Below, piece after piece: positions 25,499 through 33,513 of a stretch of DNA of 64,000 nucleotides. The notes under the pieces are model-generated. The model was not told where the DNA came from. It ran no database searches and saw nothing but the letters and a program-made list of their open reading frames with translations. This DNA comes from an uncultured Acidimicrobiales bacterium. GTDB lineage: Bacteria > Actinomycetota > Acidimicrobiia > Acidimicrobiales > SZUA-35. The translations under genes and the position numbers were made by a program. The DNA lies in assembly GCA_937922805.1 (NCBI GenBank), contig CALAJV010000005.1, forward strand, positions 567 through 64,566, read 5' to 3'. The stretch's first letter is position 1. Every line of letters begins with the position of its first letter.

Positions 25499-28366
25499 TT
25501 GGAATGGCCGTCAATGCACCACCTTTCTGCGTCACATAAGCGAGCAGCGGTTACGACCGACGAAACAACACGAATTGTCTACTCAACCGACAACTCGATC
25601 TATCAGGTGGAACCGGCTGGAGTTGCCTTTCCAACAACTCCAGGACAAATAGCTTCGTTGGTAAAGGCAAATGCTCTATCGGTAGAGCCGAAACCGATCG
25701 TGGCTCGTGGCGGGGGCAGCGGGACTAACGGACAAAGCCTTACGAGCGGGATCATGATCGACGTAAAACGTCACCTGAACCAACTCGTTTCTGTTGACCC
25801 GGCCGCCCGAACTGCAAAGGTGCAATCCGGCGTGGTAACGGCCCAACTCAACGCTCATTTAGCTGACTATGGTCTCTTCTGGGCTCCTCACACCTCAACG
25901 CTAAACCGAGCGACCGTGGCTGGGATGATCTCCACCGACGCTGCTGGGAAGGGATCGTTGGTTCATGGTCGAACCCACCGACACGTGCTCAGCCTCGACG
26001 TGGTTCTCGACGACGGGACTATGTGGACCGCAGAACCAATGCCCGAAACCGACGCGTTGGAGCGAGCAAAAGAGTCAGACCGAGTAGGGCAACTTTGGCG
26101 ATCGTTACTCGATCTGCCACTGAGAGAGGGCGACACCTACGAACTACCTGAGCTCGCTCGAGGCTTCTCCGGCTATGGCATCGATCGGGTTCGACGGGGT
26201 GGATTGGTCGATCCGATTCCGCTGTTGTGCGGATCTGAGGGAACACTGGCTGTTATCACCGCGGCAACGTTAGCTTTGACGCCCCTGCCAACAACGACCG
26301 TGCTGATAGTGGCAAGCTACGACAGTTTTAGTGGTGCGTTAGCCGACGCGGTGGCGCTTCGAACCACTGAGCCGACTGCGATCGAATCCTTTGATGAAAC
26401 CACACTTGAACGAGGCCGATCATCACCGGCATGGCCGGCACTAGGACACGTGGTTGGCAATCACCGTGGTTCTGTTCTGCTCATCGAATACACCGACGAG
26501 CAAGCCAACGACGTAGCTCGTGTCTCAGACGCTTTGGCAGCGACCGGTCGTAGTCGGGCCCATCAAATACTGATCGATCCTGGCGATCAAGCCGACGCTT
26601 GGAAGGTTCGAGCTGATGCTGTCGGCTTGCTGGCCAAAGTAGCGACCGGCGAGCCACCCCTGTCGGCACGGCCAACCGCCTTTGTTGAAGACTGCGCCGT
26701 CCCAGTCGCCAACATGGAAGTATTCATCGCTGAGTTCCGTGCGCTCCTTGACCGATTCGGTTTGGAATACGGAATGTTCGGACACGCCGATGTCGGCTGC
26801 GTCCATGTCCGACCTGCGTTGGATCTAACGTCACCCGATCACGTTGAACTAGTACGAGTCGTCACCGATGAAGTTGTTGCTCTGGTAGCTGCCAACGGTG
26901 GCATCTTGTGGGGCGAGCATGGCCGAGGGTTTCGGGGTGATTCAGTCACATCGTTTTTGAACCCGGAAACGATCCAGATCATGGAACAGGTCAAGACTGC
27001 GTTCGACCCTAACGACTTATTCAACCCCGGCAAGTTGTATCGACCGACAGGGAGCAATACCTCGATTGTGGCCGTTGACGAGCCTTCCCTGCGGGGTGAC
27101 GTCAACCGAACGGTGCCAGTGACGGTAAGAAACCACTTTGAATCGGCATTTGCATGCAACGGCAACGGGCTCTGCCACGACTATTCAGCGGCGGAAGTGA
27201 TGTGCCCGTCGTTCAAAGCGTCGGGCAACCCCGAACTTAGCCCTAAGGGTCGGGCTGATCTGCTTAGAGCGTGGCTAGCTCAGACTGAAGGTTCGAGCGG
27301 CCAGTCGAGTCAGGCAACTAGTAGTAGGAGCGATCCAAGCTTGGCCGATGCCATCTCGGATAATCTCCATCAGTGTCTGTCTTGTTCGGCTTGTACTGGT
27401 AGATGCCCAGTGGAAGTTGACATCCCGGAGTTGAAGTCGAGGTTTTTGGAGCGCTACTACACAACTCGGCGTCGCCCGCTTAGCCACGCAATACTCTCGC
27501 AGTTTGAGAGTTTGGCGTCCCTGGCGGCGAACACGCCAGGACCAAGTTGGCTCGGTGCCGGACTAGGAGGCAAGGCTCTGGGTAAAGCGCTTGGCTTGGT
27601 CGACTTGCCACTGCCGCCACGGGGCCCTAAACGAAAGCTGCCATCATTCGTTCCTGGCGATGGGTCTGACGTTGTCATCCTGCCTGATGTGTTTACCTCT
27701 GTGCTGGAGCCAACCACGCTACACAAGACCTTCGACGTGCTAACTAACCTCGGGTTTTGCGTCACCGTTGCCTCGCTTGTGGCATCGGGAAAGTTCGATC
27801 ACGTCAAAGGCAAGCGTTCATCGTTCGCCAGGGCAGTCAAAGCACAACAAGCATTGGTGAACTCGATCGCGGCGACCGGCGCGAGGCCAATTGTGATCGA
27901 GCCGGCTGTTGCGTTGCTTCACCATCACGAATATCCGACGCTCATTAACCAATATCCATCGGAAAGCGTTTTGCATCTGGTCGACCTGCTGGCCGAAGTC
28001 GCGCCCACCTTGAGCCGCCTAGAAAGGCAGAAACCGGTTGGCAGCGTATCGTTGCTCAGTCACTGCACCGAACAAGCATTGGCCCCGGAGAATCTTCGAG
28101 CCTGGGCTTTGGTGCTCGAATCGGCTGGCTACACGGTGGAAACACCTCAAGTTGGATGTTGTGGAATGGCTGGCATCTTTGGCCACGAGATCGAGAATCA
28201 GAACATGTCTAAGGCACTCTGGCAGCTCAGTTGGGAACCAACATTGGCATCGGGCACTAGTGCTGTCGCCACTGGGTATTCGTGTCGATCGCAAGCTAAG
28301 CGGTTCGCTGAACAATCTTGCGGGCAGGCCAGGCCCAAAATCGATCATCCAATCCACCTGTTGTAA
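25499..28366 (+). CDS. FAD-binding oxidase fused to an (Fe-S)-binding/CCG domain protein (YdiJ / GlcD-GlcF fusion-like, putative 2-hydroxyacid dehydrogenase)
   Basis: This 955-aa ORF has an FAD_binding_4-type N-terminus (ARGGGSGTNGQS) and a 4Fe-4S motif (CLSCSACTGRCPVEVDIPE). The C-terminal Cys-rich CCG motif is GCCGMAG. Confidence 0.8.
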   Translation: MEWPSMHHLSASHKRAAVTTDETTRIVYSTDNSIYQVEPAGVAFPTTPGQIASLVKANALSVEPKPIVARGGGSGTNGQSLTSGIMIDVKRHLNQLVSVDPAARTAKVQSGVVTAQLNAHLADYGLFWAPHTSTLNRATVAGMISTDAAGKGSLVHGRTHRHVLSLDVVLDDGTMWTAEPMPETDALERAKESDRVGQLWRSLLDLPLREGDTYELPELARGFSGYGIDRVRRGGLVDPIPLLCGSEGTLAVITAATLALTPLPTTTVLIVASYDSFSGALADAVALRTTEPTAIESFDETTLERGRSSPAWPALGHVVGNHRGSVLLIEYTDEQANDVARVSDALAATGRSRAHQILIDPGDQADAWKVRADAVGLLAKVATGEPPLSARPTAFVEDCAVPVANMEVFIAEFRALLDRFGLEYGMFGHADVGCVHVRPALDLTSPDHVELVRVVTDEVVALVAANGGILWGEHGRGFRGDSVTSFLNPETIQIMEQVKTAFDPNDLFNPGKLYRPTGSNTSIVAVDEPSLRGDVNRTVPVTVRNHFESAFACNGNGLCHDYSAAEVMCPSFKASGNPELSPKGRADLLRAWLAQTEGSSGQSSQATSSRSDPSLADAISDNLHQCLSCSACTGRCPVEVDIPELKSRFLERYYTTRRRPLSHAILSQFESLASLAANTPGPSWLGAGLGGKALGKALGLVDLPLPPRGPKRKLPSFVPGDGSDVVILPDVFTSVLEPTTLHKTFDVLTNLGFCVTVASLVASGKFDHVKGKRSSFARAVKAQQALVNSIAATGARPIVIEPAVALLHHHEYPTLINQYPSESVLHLVDLLAEVAPTLSRLERQKPVGSVSLLSHCTEQALAPENLRAWALVLESAGYTVETPQVGCCGMAGIFGHEIENQNMSKALWQLSWEPTLASGTSAVATGYSCRSQAKRFAEQSCGQARPKIDHPIHLL

Positions 28367-28459
28367 AGCGCTCGATCGGCTAGAAGCGAGACTCGTCCTT
28401 GACCAATTCTTGAGGAGTTCTTGAGTTAAGTTTCCACAGGTCAGCCCGATATCTGTGGA

Positions 28460-29245
28460 ATGAAACGTCGCAACTTCCTCCTCGGTGCAGCAGCAACTTC
28501 AACCCTTGTTGCCACCAACGTTCTAGGAATTGGGACCGCCCAAGCTGTAGCCAGCCCCCGCCGTCTTGAAGGTGCAAACTTGACCGGATGGGAAACAGTT
28601 GTTGGCGACGGGCTTCTCGTTAAGCCCGGCCAGGCACCGGTGTCTTTGAGCGATATTGGAACGCGCCACTTCTCCGACCACAGCAAACTTCAAGCCAACG
28701 TTTTGGAACGCGGCGTCATGGCCCACAACATTACCTTCAAACGCCAAATCGACGACCAAGCGCTGGACTTCCGACACAAAGCAAGCTTCCAGTTTCGCCT
28801 GCCTGAGGTGCCCAGGACCACCAACCTGCACTGGAATGCTCAGACCTTTGAGGGTGGCTTCTTTATCTGGGATGGCAGCGGAGACCGCCGGGACCATGGT
28901 TTGGCATTTCAGTGGGTACTGAACCCTTGGTCACCAGAATACGGCATGGTGCAAAAGTGGCATCAGAGCAACCGGGGTTGGAAACCAGTTACCTTCGTCC
29001 AGCCCGACACCCAATGGCACACCGTGAAAATCGAACTGGATCCGCGTAGCCGTTTCGCCGAGTTGTGCCTAGACGATGTCTGCATTGACCGGGTGTACAC
29101 CCGTCGGGTCAAACCGGAGAGTTGGGGTAGCGAAACTGCCGCCCGATTGCAGGCAGAAATCATTTCGCTGGACCCCGGTCCCAACCAGAGTGCTCCCGCC
29201 CATACCGCCGAAGTCCGCAACTGGACGTGGGACTGGGAGCTCTAA
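28460..29245 (+). CDS. Tat-secreted protein of unknown function
   Basis: The twin-arginine signal is MKRRNFLLGAAATSTLVATNVLGIGTAQA. I recognise no catalytic motif. The composition is beta-rich. Confidence 0.5.
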   Translation: MKRRNFLLGAAATSTLVATNVLGIGTAQAVASPRRLEGANLTGWETVVGDGLLVKPGQAPVSLSDIGTRHFSDHSKLQANVLERGVMAHNITFKRQIDDQALDFRHKASFQFRLPEVPRTTNLHWNAQTFEGGFFIWDGSGDRRDHGLAFQWVLNPWSPEYGMVQKWHQSNRGWKPVTFVQPDTQWHTVKIELDPRSRFAELCLDDVCIDRVYTRRVKPESWGSETAARLQAEIISLDPGPNQSAPAHTAEVRNWTWDWEL

Positions 29246-29266
29246 ACCGCAACGCGCTGGCGGTAG

Positions 29267-30268
29267 TTAAACCCTGGCCCGTAGGTCGTTCAGCACTCCG
29301 GCCCCCTGATCGGCGTTGTCGACCGTGACGATAAAGTCTGTGCCGTCGGCTAGTGCCAGTCGGATTCCTTGCCCGGTTCGAACAACCACGGCTGCTCGGC
29401 CAAGAAGCTTCCTGCTACCTCGGTATCCCCAACCTCCATGCTCCAGTGGCTTGACATGAACGGCTTCAGCCGATCGAATCGAAGCTAATCGAATATGATT
29501 TTTGGGCCAAGGTAAAGCCCCATATTGAACCGTAAACCCACGGCGGTCGATCGAAACGTTAACTCGGGAGAACGCTAAGAACAGCAAGCCAAGACAGAAC
29601 ACGAACAATCCGGCAACTGAAAGCGATCCACCGAAACCGATTCCGGCCCCAACCATCACAACGCCAAACGGTATGAACGCTATGGCCACAACCCGCCACC
29701 ACGGTGACGTCGCCTGAGAATGCCACGATGCAGTCTGACCTTCAAAAATTGTGAGACCAGCCGATTGTTCGCTGGCCACGTCCATTGGCTCGAGCCGAAA
29801 AAGGTTCCGCAGCGGAAAGCTCACGACTACTGCTCCAAGCAGCGATGCCGCGATGACCGCCGCAATCCACCACATCGGAGGCGATGGCGCTTCGGTCCAA
29901 TCAGCGATTCCCCGATTTGCCAAAGCAATCTGAAGAGATGTCACAGCAAACAGTGGAGCAACAATTCCGGCTAGTAGGCCAGCGGTAGCGTTCAGCATCG
30001 CCGTCGGCAATTTCTTGAGCGCAGCGACAATGCACATCAAGGCGCAAAATACGCCTACGGCAACGTTGTATCCGAGAAAGTCACCTGGTGGGGTTGCGTT
30101 GTTCGGTTGACCGTCAGGGCCCCAGCTGACATTTATCGGATCGGGAAGTTCCGACCAGGTCACCAGCATCGGAAGCGACACAATAGCAACGCAGACGATC
30201 GGGCCAACAACGCCAAGTAAAAGTCTGTGAGTGGTCTCTGATCCTGATTCGTCTCGTGGGGCGTTCAT
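29267..30268 (-). CDS. DUF1648-type integral membrane protein, co-transcribed with the GntR regulator
   Basis: The N-terminal pattern LPDPINVSWGPDGQPN is typical of DUF1648. There are several TM helices, and the start overlaps the stop of the upstream GntR gene (30265-30268). Confidence 0.6.
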   Translation of the reverse strand: MNAPRDESGSETTHRLLLGVVGPIVCVAIVSLPMLVTWSELPDPINVSWGPDGQPNNATPPGDFLGYNVAVGVFCALMCIVAALKKLPTAMLNATAGLLAGIVAPLFAVTSLQIALANRGIADWTEAPSPPMWWIAAVIAASLLGAVVVSFPLRNLFRLEPMDVASEQSAGLTIFEGQTASWHSQATSPWWRVVAIAFIPFGVVMVGAGIGFGGSLSVAGLFVFCLGLLFLAFSRVNVSIDRRGFTVQYGALPWPKNHIRLASIRSAEAVHVKPLEHGGWGYRGSRKLLGRAAVVVRTGQGIRLALADGTDFIVTVDNADQGAGVLNDLRARV

Positions 30269-30615
30269 TGCACGTACTCCTTTACTAGGGCGACTACTTC
30301 AGCTTGATTTAGTCCTTGTAGGCGGGCTTCGACTTCAATTTCTTTGGCCAATTCCCGAAGCCGATTGGTTCGCTTTGCTGTTTGAGCAACGCTTACTCCC
30401 CGACCTCTTCGCATTTCGAGAATCCCTTCGTCCCGAAGCGTTTGGTACGAACGAAGCACCGTGTGCATATTCACATCGAGCGACTCGGCCAATTGCCGAG
30501 CTGCCGGCAGCCGGTCACCCGGCTCAAGCTCTCGTTTGCTGATAGCTCGTCGAATCTGGAACGTTATTTGTTCATGCAGTGGTTCTCGTACCGCAGTATC
30601 CACCTTGAATAGCAT
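30265..30615 (-). CDS. GntR-family transcriptional regulator (short YtrA-like subfamily)
   Basis: The 116-aa protein has a winged HTH (PLHEQITFQIRRAISKRELEPGDRLPAARQLAESLDVNMHTVLRSYQTLRDEGILEMRRGRG). Confidence 0.85.
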   Translation of the reverse strand: MLFKVDTAVREPLHEQITFQIRRAISKRELEPGDRLPAARQLAESLDVNMHTVLRSYQTLRDEGILEMRRGRGVSVAQTAKRTNRLRELAKEIEVEARLQGLNQAEVVALVKEYVQ

Positions 30616-30644
30616 TGTTCTATTATATATAGAACAATGCTATT
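30608..30644. promoter_or_regulatory. Perfect 15-bp-arm inverted repeat (GntR-type operator) enclosing a TATAAT -10 box and the GntR start codon
   Basis: The arms are AATAGCATTGTTCTA (30608-30622) and TAGAACAATGCTATT (30630-30644), separated by a 7-nt spacer. On the minus strand TATAAT (30622-30627) lies 6 nt upstream of ATG (30615-30613). The half-site contains the GT..TA / TA..AC core typical of GntR operators. Confidence 0.7.
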
Positions 30645-30844
30645 TAGCAAGGAGTGCTCAAGATCGCAGCAATCAAGCCTTCGCTGAGCCTTGCTGGGCA
30701 AATCAGCAAGCTATTGGGGTAGTAGTCGCGTCACTAAGCTGCAACAATGGATAAGAGCGGGCCGTATTTAGCGGCTAACTATCCGAATTTCGCTCCGAAA
30801 TTCAGGTGACAATGTGGCAGTTAGCAAGTGTCTATTGAGGTCAA

Positions 30845-31564
30845 ATGGTGACTCCCCGGCGGGATAGCGGCAGCACAACTCCTGCCCAAACAAATCCAAA
30901 AGCCCAATCACGACTGGCCACTCAGTCGAACCTAATAGAAGGTCTTATCGGCCAACTAGAACGCGGTTCAGCGATTGCTGAAGCGAAACTGGTTGGACTT
31001 AGCCTAGATCGAACAACAGCCACCGGCGAGAAGCTGCGATCGCAGATCTTCGACGACCTAGCTCGATCGGCAGCTAACGGATCTCCGTACAGCATGGAGC
31101 TACTGCTTCGATTCGTCGTCGAACAACAACTTGCCCAACCTTCAATCGCTAAGGTCGTGAGTTCGCCGACCATGATCGAGGACATACAACAAGAGGTTCT
31201 GGTCTCAATCTCAGACTCGATCCATCGATTCCGAGGCGATTCGAAATTCACCACCTGGCTCTATACGTTGGCCCGCAACGTTTCGGTTTCTTACCTCCGT
31301 CGCCAGCGACCAACCAGTGAACTGCCCGAAGGTGGAGTCGAACAAGTCGATGGAATACGTCGAATGTCATCCTTGGTGGTTGAACGTGACGCGCTCCGTG
31401 ACGCCATCGCCGAGCTTCCGGCGAAGTATCGAGACACCGTAGTAATGCGAGACATTCAAGGACTCAGCTACGCAGAAATAGCTGAGAGACAGGGATTAGA
31501 AATCAGTACTATCCGTACCCGCCTATCGCGAGGTCGCTCGATGCTCGCAATCAAGCTTCCGTAA
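30845..31564 (+). CDS. ECF-type RNA polymerase sigma-70 factor with long N-terminal extension
   Basis: Region 2 reads FRGDSKFTTWLYTLARNVSVSYLRR. Region 4 reads YRDTVVMRDIQGLSYAEIAERQGLEISTIRTRLSRGRSML. Confidence 0.85.
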   Translation: MVTPRRDSGSTTPAQTNPKAQSRLATQSNLIEGLIGQLERGSAIAEAKLVGLSLDRTTATGEKLRSQIFDDLARSAANGSPYSMELLLRFVVEQQLAQPSIAKVVSSPTMIEDIQQEVLVSISDSIHRFRGDSKFTTWLYTLARNVSVSYLRRQRPTSELPEGGVEQVDGIRRMSSLVVERDALRDAIAELPAKYRDTVVMRDIQGLSYAEIAERQGLEISTIRTRLSRGRSMLAIKLP

Positions 31565-31575
31565 TCGCTGCACCG

Positions 31576-33513
31576 ATGGAAGCAATCGGATCCAAACACC
31601 GAATCGGTGGATATCGCATAATCGCACCGATCGGGGTCGGAAGCTCCTCAACGGTCTTTCGCGCCCTAGACGAAGCGAGCGGCACCGAAGTAGCGATTAA
31701 AGTCCTGGCCGATAACCATAGCCACCTTCCAGAAATGCGTCATCGATTTGTCGACGAGGTCGAGTTACTCTCCACCATCAAAAGCCCAGCTATTGCCAAA
31801 ATCTTCAAGGTTGGGGAGACAGAAAACCAACAGCCTTTCATGGTCTTGGAACTGGCCGACCGGGGCAACCTTCGCCGCCGCATCGAGGATCTGCGCCGCG
31901 ATGGGCGACATGTCGCTCAGTCTGACTTACTACTTTTGGCTGAGCATCTGGCCGATGCGCTCGGCACATTACACAAGGCCGGAATTGTCCATCGCGACGT
32001 ATCGCCCGGCAACGTACTCATCAAGAGCGGCCTGCCTACAGTCACAAGAAAATTGACAGCGAGCGTAGCACAGGGCGAACCAGCCCTCCTTCGTACCGAT
32101 GAACGGTTTCTGTTAATCGACTTAGGCTTCGCCAAGGATCTTCAATACGCATCTGGGTTAACGGCCGGCGGTGGAACTCGAGGGTTCGCCGCCCCAGAAC
32201 AACGAGACGACATCACCGTTGTCGACCATCGATCCGACATCTATAGCGCAACCGCTCTTCTGGAATGGGTAGCGGCTCGAAGCAACGTTACTCAAAGTGC
32301 CAACGCCGAGCGCTTCGAAGCATTCGTCGAAACCGGCCTGGCCGACGACCCAGACGATCGATTCGACTCGATTGGCGATTGGCTCGTTGCGGCCCGTCAA
32401 GTTCTCGAATCGCAGCAACAACCGGCGAAACAACAACAACAACAACCGGCGAAGCAACAACGGCGAGGCCAGGCCATAGCCTCTACGGCGCCACACATCG
32501 TTGGCACAAAGCCACCCAGAGGCCAACTGGTCTCGCCCAAGAAGTTAGCGGTGCTAGCTGGCATCATTGCCCTGGTAGGAATCGCTACTGGAGCATTTTT
32601 TGGCTTCCGCTCGACCAGTGACGAGATAGCCGCCCAAATAGACGAACCAACCGAACCTGAGTTCGCTGACCGTGAAAGCCAACCAGTTCCATTAGGGCCA
32701 GAAGATGCTTCGGCCACCGGGTCTGATAGCGACCTCGGTGCACTTCCAACCACCGTGCCGTCACCAAACGAGAACGAATCGACCACCGAGGCATCAGACC
32801 CACTCACACAGAAGACGGTCACAACGAGCGAGTCACGAGACGAACCAACGATTTCTACCAGAACCTCATCGTCGACACCAACAACAGAGAACGCCGTTAG
32901 CACAACCACAACCCAACAATCGTCTTCGACCCAAATAACCTCACAAGCAACGACCGTTACCACTAGACGAACTACCACTGAGCGCCCAACCACGCAACGT
33001 TCGACTACAAGCGTGCAGTCCACAACCCAGCGACCAACCACCCAGCGACCGACGACACAGCGACCGACCACCCAGCGACCGACGACTCAGCGGACCACCA
33101 CGACGCAACGCGTGACCACAGTAACCCTGGGCTCGACGACGACCATCCCGCTCTATCGAAATTCACCTCGGGCCTACATCAACTCACCGGCATCTGAGTC
33201 GACTGTTAGCGGAAACCTAACTATGAGCGGTACCGCTACCTATCCACTTGGCGGAGTCCAAGAAGTGCAGATCACCATTATGAGCGATGAAACCGGCATG
33301 TATTGGCATGATTCGACGTCTTCTTTTGCCACCCGGTGGGTTCGCTTTCCGGTTGCTGTTTCTCCGACTGGCGGCCGAAATGTGACCTGGTCTTACACGG
33401 TCAATGGCGACGCGCTTCAACCAGGCCGATATTTGCTTCGAGTTTGGGCCCAAAGCACCGCGACCAACGGTGATCCGGTAAGTGATCGTCGCTATATCAT
33501 GATTACGGACTAG
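31576..33513 (+). CDS. Transmembrane Ser/Thr protein kinase with Thr/Gln/Pro-rich stalk and C-terminal Ig-like ectodomain
   Basis: The kinase core contains VAIKVL, HRDVSPGNVL, DLGFAKD and GTRGFAAPE. The TM helix is LAVLAGIIALVGIATGAFFGF. TTQRP repeats form the stalk, and the C-terminal 111 aa look like an Ig-like domain. Confidence 0.85.
   Translation: MEAIGSKHRIGGYRIIAPIGVGSSSTVFRALDEASGTEVAIKVLADNHSHLPEMRHRFVDEVELLSTIKSPAIAKIFKVGETENQQPFMVLELADRGNLRRRIEDLRRDGRHVAQSDLLLLAEHLADALGTLHKAGIVHRDVSPGNVLIKSGLPTVTRKLTASVAQGEPALLRTDERFLLIDLGFAKDLQYASGLTAGGGTRGFAAPEQRDDITVVDHRSDIYSATALLEWVAARSNVTQSANAERFEAFVETGLADDPDDRFDSIGDWLVAARQVLESQQQPAKQQQQQPAKQQRRGQAIASTAPHIVGTKPPRGQLVSPKKLAVLAGIIALVGIATGAFFGFRSTSDEIAAQIDEPTEPEFADRESQPVPLGPEDASATGSDSDLGALPTTVPSPNENESTTEASDPLTQKTVTTSESRDEPTISTRTSSSTPTTENAVSTTTTQQSSSTQITSQATTVTTRRTTTERPTTQRSTTSVQSTTQRPTTQRPTTQRPTTQRPTTQRTTTTQRVTTVTLGSTTTIPLYRNSPRAYINSPASESTVSGNLTMSGTATYPLGGVQEVQITIMSDETGMYWHDSTSSFATRWVRFPVAVSPTGGRNVTWSYTVNGDALQPGRYLLRVWAQSTATNGDPVSDRRYIMITD
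33026..33100 (+). repeat. 15-nt x5 imperfect in-frame tandem repeat (encodes [TTQRP]n)
   Basis: Units of the type cccagcgaccgacga run consecutively from 33026 to 33100. Confidence 0.85.

Noticed and set aside
32397-33071. A 224-aa minus-strand ORF (VVGRWVVGR...) and the similar 34169-34549 plus-strand ORF (GFVVGG...).
   Set aside because: They are mirror images of the in-frame TTQRP and PTTK linker repeats of the kinase and the GH16. They are artefacts of repeat periodicity.
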